The translations under genes were made by a program, and so were the position numbers. The notes under the pieces were generated by a model, which did not search any database, had not been told where the DNA came from, and saw only the letters and a program-made list of their open reading frames with translations. A DNA stretch of 44,573 bases from Pirellulales bacterium (GTDB taxonomy: Bacteria > Planctomycetota > Planctomycetia > Pirellulales > UBA1268), in NCBI GenBank assembly GCA_044344765.1, contig JBIJCJ010000001.1, forward strand, positions 1-44,573. The letters are read 5' to 3'. Shown here piece after piece: positions 9,228 through 17,148 of this stretch. How positions within the stretch are numbered: position 1 is the first letter of the stretch; each line of letters opens with the position of its first letter.

Positions 9228-9245
9228 CGAAAAAAACAGCGTTTT

Positions 9246-9327
9246 GGAGGGTAAGCGAATGGCTAGCGGCGACACTGGAAATGTCGTGCCGGGAAACCGG
9301 TTGTGGGTTCGAGTCCCATGCCCTCCG
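9246..9327 (+). tRNA. Class II tRNA-Ser, anticodon GGA
   Basis: Acceptor stem GGAGGGT/GCCCTCC (7 pairs including one G-U) with discriminator G. Anticodon stem CGACA/TGTCG with loop CTGGAAA. Long variable arm CCGG-GAAA-CCGG. T-arm GTGGG-TTCGAGT-CCCAT. CCA is not encoded. I could not draw a canonical D stem by eye. Confidence 0.75.
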
Positions 9328-9333
9328 CTTCAC

Positions 9334-9363
9334 GCCTGCACCGCCGTCCTGGCCGGTGCAGGC
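9334..9363 (+). terminator. Stem-loop 7 nt downstream of the tRNA
   Basis: Perfect 10-bp stem GCCTGCACCG / CGGTGCAGGC with a 10-nt loop. No U-tract. Confidence 0.35.
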
Positions 9364-9499
9364 TGGACGGTCGATCCCGCCATCCGGGCGGGCCGCCCGC
9401 ACGCCTGGAGCGCGATTCGCACGGACCTGGCCCGCGGGTACGCCGCAGCGTAATCCACGACGGCCTGAACCGCCTCTCCGCCGACGATTCGCACGCTCC

Positions 9500-11248
9500 A
9501 TGGCTGTCCTTCTCGACATCAAGCGGGCCTGTAAGCGGTACGGCGACCAGGTGCTCCTCGACGACGCCTCGGCCACGCTCACCGACGACGGCAAGATCGG
9601 GTTCATCGGCCGCAACGGTGCGGGCAAGAGCACGCTCCTCAAGGTGATCCTCGGCGAGGAGGAGCTCGACTCCGGCGAGATCGTTCGTCATCCCAAGCTC
9701 CGGCTGGGATACCTGAGGCAGCACGACCCGTTCCTGCCGGGCGAGACGGTGCAGGATTTCCTCGTCCGCGACAGCGGCCGCCCGGCCTGGCAGTGCGGCG
9801 CGGTGGCGGGACAGTTCGAGCTCAAGGCGGCGGCCCTCGCCGGCCCCGTCGCGGCCCTCTCCGGCGGCTGGCAAACCCGCGTCAAGCTTGCCGCCCTCCT
9901 GCTCCACGAGCCGAACCTCCTGCTCCTCGACGAGCCGACCAACTTCCTCGACCTGCGGACGCAGATCCTCCTCGAACACTTCCTGAAGAACTTTCGCGAG
10001 GCGTGCCTGATCGTGTCGCACGACCGGGCCTTCCTCCGGGCGACCTGCGACCGCACCCTGGACCTGTCGCACGGCCGGCTGACCGTGTATCCGGGGAAGG
10101 TCGACGCCTTCCTCGCCCATCAGCTCGAGCAGCGCACGCATACCGAGCGGACCAATGCGGCGGTGCTGGCGCGGAAGCGAGAGCTGGAGGACTTCATCGC
10201 CCGCAACAAGGCCCGGGCCTCGACCGCGTCGCGAGCCCGCTCGAAGAGCCGCGAGCTCGAACGGCTCGAGTTCGAGGAGGTGGCCGCCGACGCACCGACC
10301 GCCGCCATCCGCTGCCCCGAGGTTTCACCCCGGCGGGGGCCGGCCGTCCGGTGCCGCGGACTGTCGATCGGCCACGGCGAACGCATCGTGGCCGGCGACA
10401 TCGACCTGGAGATCGTGCACGGCAGCCGCACCGCGATCGTCGGCGACAACGGCCAGGGGAAGACGACCTTTCTGCGGACGGTCGTCGGCTCGCTCCCGCC
10501 GCTGGCCGGCGAGGTGAAGTGGGGCCACGGCTGCGAGCTCGGCATCTATGCCCAGCACGTCTACACGAGCCTGCCGGTGGAGGAGACGGTGCTCGGCTTC
10601 CTCGAGCGGGCCGCCGCGATCGGCACGCCTGGGCAGCGGATCCTCGACCTCGCCGGGGCGATGCTGTTTCGCGGCCGTGCCGTGGAGAAGCGGATCGCCG
10701 TCCTCTCCGGGGGCGAGCGGGCGCGGCTCTGCCTGGCCGGCCTGCTGCTCGGCTCGTGCAACGTGCTCGTGCTCGACGAGCCCGGCAACCATCTCGACGT
10801 GGAAACCGTCGACGCCCTGGCCTCCGCGCTCCTGGACTACCGCGGCACGGTTCTGTTCACGAGCCACGATCGTGGCTTCGTGCAGACGGTGGCGACGAAC
10901 GTCATCGAGGCCCGTGACGGGCGGGTCGTCGATCTCAACGGCGGGTACGATCGGTATCTCGCGGCGATGCACGCGGAGATCGACACCGCAGAACGGGCCC
11001 GTGATGGCGGGCCCCGGCCGCGGGCCGCCAGCCGCGACGACCGCGCCTTGCGGAAGGAGCTGGCTGCGCTTGAAAAGCAAGTGGCGCGACTCGAGACGGA
11101 ACGCAGGCGGCATCAAGAGGCGCTGCTCGCGACGACCGACCCGGCCGAGGCCCTGCGGCTTCACGAGGCGGTCACGCGGGTCGCCGCCGACCTCTCGGCG
11201 GCCGAGGAGCGCTGGCTCCAGGTCACCGAGCAGCTCACCGAGCTGTAG
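9500..11248 (+). CDS. ABC-F family ATP-binding cassette protein with two ABC domains and no TM domain
   Basis: Start taken at ATG 9500 (MAVLLDIKRACKRYG), because the track ORF from 9206 overlaps the tRNA. Walker A GRNGAGKST and GDNGQGKTT; signatures LSGGWQTRVKLA and LSGGERARLCLA; Walker B LLLLDEPTN and VLVLDEPGN; C-terminal coiled coil. Confidence 0.9.
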   Translation: MAVLLDIKRACKRYGDQVLLDDASATLTDDGKIGFIGRNGAGKSTLLKVILGEEELDSGEIVRHPKLRLGYLRQHDPFLPGETVQDFLVRDSGRPAWQCGAVAGQFELKAAALAGPVAALSGGWQTRVKLAALLLHEPNLLLLDEPTNFLDLRTQILLEHFLKNFREACLIVSHDRAFLRATCDRTLDLSHGRLTVYPGKVDAFLAHQLEQRTHTERTNAAVLARKRELEDFIARNKARASTASRARSKSRELERLEFEEVAADAPTAAIRCPEVSPRRGPAVRCRGLSIGHGERIVAGDIDLEIVHGSRTAIVGDNGQGKTTFLRTVVGSLPPLAGEVKWGHGCELGIYAQHVYTSLPVEETVLGFLERAAAIGTPGQRILDLAGAMLFRGRAVEKRIAVLSGGERARLCLAGLLLGSCNVLVLDEPGNHLDVETVDALASALLDYRGTVLFTSHDRGFVQTVATNVIEARDGRVVDLNGGYDRYLAAMHAEIDTAERARDGGPRPRAASRDDRALRKELAALEKQVARLETERRRHQEALLATTDPAEALRLHEAVTRVAADLSAAEERWLQVTEQLTEL

Positions 11249-11270
11249 TGGCGGTCTCCGACCACCGCTA
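11246..11270. terminator. Hairpin shared by two convergent genes
   Basis: TAGTGGCGGTC-TCC-GACCACCGCTA: an 11-position stem with 9 Watson-Crick pairs, one G-U and one mismatch. The ABC-F stop TAG (11246-11248) and the minus-strand gene stop (11268-11270) lie in opposite arms. Confidence 0.35.
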
Positions 11271-11888
11271 CAAGAGGCGGTCCACGCGGCAGGCCCTCCC
11301 GAAGGCGGCGGCGGGACGGAAGCGATTCCGCCATCCGCCCGCGACCGGTTCGAAGTCCTCGGGCCGCGTGATCAGGGCGATCGGTCGCGTGCGGCAGCCT
11401 CGCGCCTCGAGAAAGGAAATCCGGTCGATGAGCTCCAGCGGCAGTTCAAAACACGCCGGCAGGTCGGGGTTCTCGCAGTCCCGATCCACGAAGGCGTGGC
11501 CCCGGACGCCGGGCGGCTGAACCATCAGCGACCAGCCATAAAACTCCGACCGCAGTTCGGGCATGCCCGGCGGCTCGGGGGCCGCCGTCGCGGTGATGCT
11601 GGGAACGTCGCCCGGACAGACCAACGCCGTGGCGACCCGGCAGTGTCGACCCCGGCTCCGGAGCCCGGCGACCTCGAGCCGCAACGCCTGTCGCGAACGG
11701 GGGGCCAGCGGCAGCAGGCGGCCGTCGTCCGACACGTCCACCGTCCACGGCTCCATGCCGGCGACGGGCCGGTGGAGGATCGCGGGGCCGACCAGAAGCG
11801 GCCGATAGCACCGCGGCCGGGGCGGTGCCGGAATGTCGGTGTCGGGTACGAGCCGCACGATCGCCCGCGCGGGATGGATGGGTCGCAT
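11268..11888 (-). CDS. Hypothetical protein, family not recognised, divergent from the WYL regulator
   Basis: Start taken at ATG 11888 (MRPIHPARAIVRL), preceded by AGAGGTG with 5-nt spacing. 206 aa with high third-position GC in this frame and diverse composition (FYGWSLMV, FVDRDCENPDLPACFELPLELIDRISFLEARG). Confidence 0.6.
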   Translation of the reverse strand: MRPIHPARAIVRLVPDTDIPAPPRPRCYRPLLVGPAILHRPVAGMEPWTVDVSDDGRLLPLAPRSRQALRLEVAGLRSRGRHCRVATALVCPGDVPSITATAAPEPPGMPELRSEFYGWSLMVQPPGVRGHAFVDRDCENPDLPACFELPLELIDRISFLEARGCRTRPIALITRPEDFEPVAGGWRNRFRPAAAFGRACRVDRLL

Positions 11889-12146
11889 GGGAGCACCTCT
11901 GCATACATGGAGCGGCGAGAGGGTAGCTGCCGATGCGGACAACGTTGGTCCACGCTTTCCCCCCGAGTGGAGGGCGGGCGGCCTGGCCCCTAACATGATC
12001 GAATCCGTCGCCTGTGCGGCCGCTGCGGCCACGGCTGGAATCTGCCAGACCGCGTAGCGGCCACTGTTCCGGCCCCCGAGCCGGTGCTACACCAAGAGCC
12101 GATTGCCCCTCGGGCTGATCACTTACCACCTCTGCGGAGATGCACC

Positions 12147-13250
12147 ATGGATTCGATCAGCCGGCACGAGCAGCTGCTGCGGGTGTTCCATCTGATCGAC
12201 ATCCTCTTCGGCGCCCGCCAGCCGCTCACGGCCGCCGAGCTCAAGGACCGGCTGCGGAGCCGCGGCGTCATCGACGACATGTCGGACCGCAATCTCCGCC
12301 GCGACGTCGAGTTCCTCGGCAAGTTCGGCTACGCCGTCAAGGCGTCGCGCAAGCGCACCGCCCGGGGCACGACCTGCCAGGCCTGGGAGATCCAGCCCGG
12401 GAAGGGGGCCGACGAACTGGCGGCGCCGGCCGTCTCGCTGCCGGAGCTGCTCTCCCTGGCGGCGGCCCGGGAGTTCCTCACGCCGCTCGCGGGCACGTTC
12501 TACTGGCGCGGCATCGCGCAGCTGATCGCGAAGGTCGAGAAGATCGCCACCCCGCAGCTGCTCGCCTACGCAGAGGCGCAGAAGGACGGGCTCGTCGTCC
12601 ATCCCAAGCCGTCGGCCGTGAAGTACGGCTCGCGGATGCTCAACGCCGTGAACCGCGCGATCCGCAACGCGGTCGAATTGGAGATCCGCTACACGAGCCT
12701 GGCCGACCAGCGTCCCCGGCGGTCGGTGATCCGGCCCGAGGCGCTGGTGCTGTACGACGGCAGCATCTATATCGCGGCCCATCGGCCGCCGGCCAAGGCG
12801 GGCAGCCCGCGGCGGTCGGCGGCCGACGGGGCGATTCGCTTCTACAAGCTCGACCGCGTCGCCGAGGCCAGGCCCACGTCGCGGACGTTCGCCCGCCGGG
12901 ATCAGGCCATCGAAACGCTGCTGGCCGACAGCATCACCATCTATCGCTCGTCGCAGCCGCCGCGCCGCTACCGGATCCGCATCGACGCCGACCGGGCCCG
13001 CTGGGCCTGCGAGAAGCCGTTCCATCCGCGGCAGAAGGTCCGCCGCCAGGCCGACGGTGGCGTGGTTCTGGAAATCGAACGCGGCTGGGACGAGGAACTG
13101 ATTCCCCAGCTCCTCGGGCTCGGCGACGCGGCCGAGGTGCTGGAGCCGACCGATGTCCGTGACCGGATCTCCACGATCGCCGGCCGGATCGTGGCCCGTT
13201 ACGCCGGGCGGCCGCTGCGCTCGCTCGACGCCCGCTCGCTGGGCGGGTGA
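12147..13250 (+). CDS. WYL-domain transcriptional regulator (wHTH - WYL - C-terminal extension)
   Basis: Start at ATG 12147 (MDSISRHEQLLRVFHLIDILFGARQPLTAAELKDRL is the wHTH). WYL-like core RPEALVLYDGSIYIAAHR...IRFYKLDRVAEARPT. C-terminal block EERGWDEELIPQLLGLGDAAEVLEPTDVRDRI is typical of the PafBC/BrxR/CapW-type architecture. Confidence 0.85.
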   Translation: MDSISRHEQLLRVFHLIDILFGARQPLTAAELKDRLRSRGVIDDMSDRNLRRDVEFLGKFGYAVKASRKRTARGTTCQAWEIQPGKGADELAAPAVSLPELLSLAAAREFLTPLAGTFYWRGIAQLIAKVEKIATPQLLAYAEAQKDGLVVHPKPSAVKYGSRMLNAVNRAIRNAVELEIRYTSLADQRPRRSVIRPEALVLYDGSIYIAAHRPPAKAGSPRRSAADGAIRFYKLDRVAEARPTSRTFARRDQAIETLLADSITIYRSSQPPRRYRIRIDADRARWACEKPFHPRQKVRRQADGGVVLEIERGWDEELIPQLLGLGDAAEVLEPTDVRDRISTIAGRIVARYAGRPLRSLDARSLGG

Positions 13251-13260
13251 GGCCGGCCGG

Positions 13261-14631
13261 TCAGCCGATCGCCGCCTCGATGCCGGCCAGCGGAATTTCG
13301 ACCCAGTCGGGGCGATGCCGCAGTTCGTACGCGAGCTCGTAGACCGCCTTGTCGAGGGCGAGGATCGCGAGCAGTCGGTCGGCAGTCGCGACGTCGGCGG
13401 GCCACCAGGCATGGCCGCCGGCCACGGCCGCGTAGGCGACGCGGTAGTGACGGGCGAGCGCGGCGGCGGTCGCGGCGGGATTCGGCACACCGGCGTGCCG
13501 CGCGAGGTAGTCGAACGAGCGGCACATGCCGGCGACGTCCTTGGCGGCCGGCGCGAACGCCCGCCGCTCCTCCAATGTCCGTCCCGGCTCGCCTTCGAAG
13601 TCGATGACGAACACGCGGTCGTCGGCCGCGGCGACCAGCACCTGCCCGAGGTGGAAGTCGCCGTGCACGCGGATCAGTTGCGGGGGCAGGACGTCCGCGA
13701 TCCCGCGGAGCTGGGTGTTGATCGCCTCCCGGGCGGCGACCACCCGGCGGACGCGAGCGGCGACTCCCCCGGGCAGCGGCGTGGCGGCCGCGAGCGCCAG
13801 GACTTCGGTGGCGTGAGCCAGGAGCGCCGTGGCGGCGGCCGCGCCGTCAGCGGTCGTTGTGTGTCGCGGGGCGAAGGCGGGCAGGTCGGGCCTGGCGGCG
13901 AGTGCCTTGTGCATCGCGGCCGTGGCGCGGCCGATCGCGGCGACGATCGCCGCGATGCGATCGCGGTGCGGGCCGTCAAGCCCGCGCTCGGCGAGCAGCC
14001 GGCCGAGGACGTCCCACGCCGACTCGCATCCCGGCAGATGGTCGTGGACCGTCGCCAGCGCGGTCGTCGGGCCGCCATCGGCAGGCCGGTATTCGAGCCA
14101 GCCGCGCAGCCGGGGCGTGGCGGCGAACGGCGACTGTTCGGCGAAGAACGTGCCGATCTCCACTTCGGGCTGGATGCCGGCGCGGCAGCGACGCAGCAGC
14201 TTGATCACGCAGGCTTCGGCACCGGCCCGCACGAGGCACGACGTGTTGGAGGCGTCTGCGCCGAGCGGGACGACGGCGTCCGGCGCGGTCGGCCGCGGGG
14301 CCGGGCCGCCCGCGGGATGGCCCACGAACGTGCCCTGCCTGCCGGGAACGGTGCGGCCGGCCGTCACGACCTCGCAGAGCCAACGGGCGAAGGCCGTCGA
14401 GCAGGCGGCATCGGCGCCGGTGTGGCTCGTGACCGGAACGACGTAGCGCACGGCCGCACCGCCCGCGGGAGGCACCGCATCGACCAGCGCGAGTGCAACG
14501 CCGTCCGCGGGGCAGACGTCGGCGAGGGCCAGCTCGGCTGCCGGCGCGCCGCCACACCAGCGGGCCTGCGGCAGCCACGACGCGATCGCCGGCAACAGGT
14601 CGGCGCCGTCCTTCGCGTCGCCCGGGGTCAT
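13261..14631 (-). CDS. mak: Maltokinase (maltose 1-phosphate-forming, Pep2/Mak type)
   Basis: Start at ATG 14631 (MTPGDAKDG), forming an ATGA overlap with the glgE stop. Aminoglycoside-phosphotransferase-like motifs IRVHGDFHLGQVLV and FVIDFEGEP. The longer 849-aa track ORF is an out-of-frame extension across glgE. Confidence 0.8.
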   Translation of the reverse strand: MTPGDAKDGADLLPAIASWLPQARWCGGAPAAELALADVCPADGVALALVDAVPPAGGAAVRYVVPVTSHTGADAACSTAFARWLCEVVTAGRTVPGRQGTFVGHPAGGPAPRPTAPDAVVPLGADASNTSCLVRAGAEACVIKLLRRCRAGIQPEVEIGTFFAEQSPFAATPRLRGWLEYRPADGGPTTALATVHDHLPGCESAWDVLGRLLAERGLDGPHRDRIAAIVAAIGRATAAMHKALAARPDLPAFAPRHTTTADGAAAATALLAHATEVLALAAATPLPGGVAARVRRVVAAREAINTQLRGIADVLPPQLIRVHGDFHLGQVLVAAADDRVFVIDFEGEPGRTLEERRAFAPAAKDVAGMCRSFDYLARHAGVPNPAATAAALARHYRVAYAAVAGGHAWWPADVATADRLLAILALDKAVYELAYELRHRPDWVEIPLAGIEAAIG

Positions 14632-16610
14632 GCGGGTGGGTTCTCCGGCCCGAGCGGAGCCACGAGCCGATAGACATGGACCGGCCGCTCCGGCGTGCAC
14701 TCGACCGTGATGGCGTCGAGGTGCCAGGCATGCACGGCTTCGCCGAGGAGGTCGTGGGCCAGCAGCGTCTCGCGGCCTTCGAGTCCGAGGGCGGCGGGGT
14801 CGAGCCGCAGCGGTCCGGAGCGCGTCTCGCCGGGCCGCATGTTCACGACCACCAGCACGCGATTCGCGGTGACTTGGTCGTACCGGCACCAGGCCAGCAG
14901 GTGCGGGTCGTCGATCTCCTGCACCAGCGGCGGATGGTCCCGCTGCAGGGCGGGCTCCGTGCGGCGGATCTCGTTGAGTCGGCGAATGAAGGGAGCCAGG
15001 CTCTCGGGGGCGTCGAGGTGCCAGCGCCTGATCTCGTACTTCTCGGAGTCGAGATATTCCTCGCTGCCCGGCTCGCGGGCCGCCGCCTCGAGGAGCTCCA
15101 TGGCCGGCCCGTAGATGCCCCAGTTGCCGACCGACAGCGCGGCCAGCGCCAGCCGCACGAGAAACATCGGCCGGCCGCCGGTCTGGAGCGTCGCGTGGAG
15201 GATGTCGGGCGTGTTGGGCCAGAAGTTCGGCCGGAAAAAATCGGCCACCGGCGGTGTCGTCACCTCCCGCAGGTAGGCCGCCATCTCGTCCTTTTCCGTC
15301 CGCCAGGTGAAGTAGGTGTAAGACTGCGTGAAGCCGAGCTTCGCCAGCCGATACATGACCTTCGGCCGCGTGAACGCCTCGGAGAGAAAGAGAACGTCGG
15401 GGGCGTTGCGGTGGATGTCGTCGATCAGCCACTCCCAGAACGCGAACGGCTTGGTGTGCGGGTTGTCGACGCGAAAGATCCGCACGCCCTTCTCGACCCA
15501 GAAGCGAAACACGCCCGCCAGCGCCTGCCACAGCTCCCGCCAGTGATCCGACTGGAAGTCGAAGGGCACGATGTCCTGGTACTTCTTGGGCGGGTTCTCC
15601 GCGTACTGGATGCTTCCGTCGGGGCGGTGGCGGAACCACTCCGGGTGTTCCGTCACCCAGGGATGGTCGGGCGAGCACTGGACGGCGATGTCGAGCGCCA
15701 GCTCCATGCCGAGCTCCTCGGCCCGCTGCCGGAGCCGTTCGAAGTCGGCGAACGTGCCCAGCCGCGGGTGGATGGCCGTGTGCCCGCCCTCGGCCGCGCC
15801 GATTCCCCACGGGCTGCCGACGTCAGTCTCGCCGGCGACCAGCGCGTTGTTGCGGCCCTTGCGGAAGGCCTGTCCGATCGGATGGATCGGCGTCAGGTAG
15901 AGCACGTCGAAGCCCATGCCGCGGACGTATTCGAGCCGGTCGGCGAGGTCGCCGAGCGTGCCGTGGCTCCCGGGCTCGCGGCCCCACGAGCGGGGAAAAA
16001 CCTCGTACCACGCGCTGCGGCGGGCCTTCGCGCGGTCGACCCACACCGGCCGCGGATCGAGCCGTGCTTCGTCGCGGCGTTCAGCGTAGAGGTCCATCAG
16101 CTCGCGGAGCCGCGGACTGCGGGCCGTCTCCAGCCCGTCGGGGCCCTTGAGCCGCACGGCCAGCGCCTCGATCTCGGCCGCCTCCGCAGGCGGCGCGGCG
16201 TGGGCGGCGGCGGCGACGAGGGTGGCGCCGACGGCCAGTTCCGGCCGCAGGTCTTCACCCGCGGCCTGGCGGCGGCCGAGGTCGCGCAGCCAGGTGGCGA
16301 AGGCATCGACGCGGGCGGAGACGACGTAGTGCCAGAGGCCGATGCGATCGACGATGAACGAGGCCCGCCACCGGTCGTTGCCGTCGCAGGCCATGGGGAA
16401 CGCGGTCCATTGCCCCGTGCCGCCGTGCCGGACGTGCAGCCGGCAGTCCAGCTCCTCGTGGCCGTCGCAGACGATGTCCGCCTCGACGAGCACCTCGTCG
16501 CCGCGAACTCGCTTGACGGCGAACCGGCCGCCGTCCACCTCGGGGCTGACGCGGTCGATCGCGCAGCGTCGCCGCCAGGCGGCGGGAAACTCGGTATGTT
16601 TGTCCGGCAC
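14628..16610 (-). CDS. glgE: Alpha-1,4-glucan:maltose-1-phosphate maltosyltransferase
   Basis: 660-aa ORF with an N-terminal GlgE-type domain (IDRVSPEVDGGRFAVKRVRGDEVLVEADI) and a GH13 catalytic core (FDVLYLTPIHPIG, GVRIFRVDNPHTKPFAFWEW, LFLSEAFT, FRPNFWPNTPDIL). Confidence 0.9.
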   Translation of the reverse strand: MPDKHTEFPAAWRRRCAIDRVSPEVDGGRFAVKRVRGDEVLVEADIVCDGHEELDCRLHVRHGGTGQWTAFPMACDGNDRWRASFIVDRIGLWHYVVSARVDAFATWLRDLGRRQAAGEDLRPELAVGATLVAAAAHAAPPAEAAEIEALAVRLKGPDGLETARSPRLRELMDLYAERRDEARLDPRPVWVDRAKARRSAWYEVFPRSWGREPGSHGTLGDLADRLEYVRGMGFDVLYLTPIHPIGQAFRKGRNNALVAGETDVGSPWGIGAAEGGHTAIHPRLGTFADFERLRQRAEELGMELALDIAVQCSPDHPWVTEHPEWFRHRPDGSIQYAENPPKKYQDIVPFDFQSDHWRELWQALAGVFRFWVEKGVRIFRVDNPHTKPFAFWEWLIDDIHRNAPDVLFLSEAFTRPKVMYRLAKLGFTQSYTYFTWRTEKDEMAAYLREVTTPPVADFFRPNFWPNTPDILHATLQTGGRPMFLVRLALAALSVGNWGIYGPAMELLEAAAREPGSEEYLDSEKYEIRRWHLDAPESLAPFIRRLNEIRRTEPALQRDHPPLVQEIDDPHLLAWCRYDQVTANRVLVVVNMRPGETRSGPLRLDPAALGLEGRETLLAHDLLGEAVHAWHLDAITVECTPERPVHVYRLVAPLGPENPPA

Positions 16611-16629
16611 GTGGGGCTCCGACGCGGGG

Positions 16630-16656
16630 CGACGTTCGTCACGATCGCGAACGTCG
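16630..16656. promoter_or_regulatory. Perfect 9-bp inverted repeat in the glgE leader
   Basis: CGACGTTCG - 9 nt - CGAACGTCG, lying 20-46 nt upstream of the glgE start codon on the minus strand. Whether it is an operator or a 5' UTR hairpin is undetermined. Confidence 0.3.
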
Positions 16657-16755
16657 GAAGTGTAGGAATCACCACGGAAAAACGCGACCCTCCGCGATCG
16701 TAACGACTCCCGTTCGCCGATAGTGTCGACGCAGCAAATGCCTGCGGGGCGTGAT

Positions 16756-17070
16756 TCACGGGCCCGGCGGGCAAGGCGGCATCTGCCCTTCTTGGTAGAC
16801 GACCGGCGTCGCCATCACCTCTCCCGGGCCGAGTGGTGGGCAGCACTCGACCGCCGCCGAAGGCATCGGTGGCACGGTACCGGGCACCGCTGGCGCGGGC
16901 ATGACGCCGGGCTGCGTGGGATGCGGCGCCGCCGGCGCGGCCACCTGCTGAGGCTGCGGATAGACCGGCGGAGCGAGCGGCGGCGCGTACGCATATTGAT
17001 TCTGATGATGAGCGCAGCCGACGGCCGCGAGGCACAGGCCCATGACCAACAGTACCAACAAGGCACGCAT
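16756..17070 (-). CDS. Small proline-rich lipoprotein
   Basis: Signal peptide plus lipobox MRALLVLLVMGLCLAAVGC. The mature part is Pro/Ala/Gln-rich with a CC pair. RBS GGGAGGA lies upstream. Confidence 0.65.
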   Translation of the reverse strand: MRALLVLLVMGLCLAAVGCAHHQNQYAYAPPLAPPVYPQPQQVAAPAAPHPTQPGVMPAPAVPGTVPPMPSAAVECCPPLGPGEVMATPVVYQEGQMPPCPPGP

Positions 17071-17148
17071 TCGCGTCCTCCCGAAGGCTGGGAAAGCGGC
17101 GGGAGGGTAGGCCGGGAAAATCAGGCAGGCAAGCCCGCTTCCCCCGGC

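Larger units (their letters stand above)
1..9230 (+). mobile_element. Phage-derived integrative element or prophage remnant; right-hand part, left end lies outside the window
   Basis: Unbroken run of plus-strand genes: large terminase, tape measure, excisionase-type HTH and tyrosine integrase. It ends in a repeat-rich non-coding segment next to a tRNA gene. The left boundary cannot be seen. Confidence 0.6.

Noticed and set aside
9500-11248. ABC-F ATPase next to the element as a possible defence ATPase (PARIS AriA-like, or an antibiotic-resistance ARE).
   Set aside because: It has the canonical two-cassette ABC-F layout with both signature motifs and a C-terminal coiled coil. There is no partner nuclease/TOPRIM gene and no obvious leader peptide. 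Nothing in the sequence distinguishes it from a housekeeping translation-factor-type ABC-F.
13261-15810. 849-aa track ORF, and the N-terminal extensions of ORFs 17149..18699, 19064..20593, 22157..24916, 23641..25704 and 9206..11248.
   Set aside because: Only the C-terminal parts carry recognisable domains. The upstream parts are Arg-rich and overlap the neighbouring real gene, or the tRNA in the ABC-F case. Internal ATG/GTG starts with RBS-like sequences or 4-nt stop/start overlaps give sensible gene lengths.
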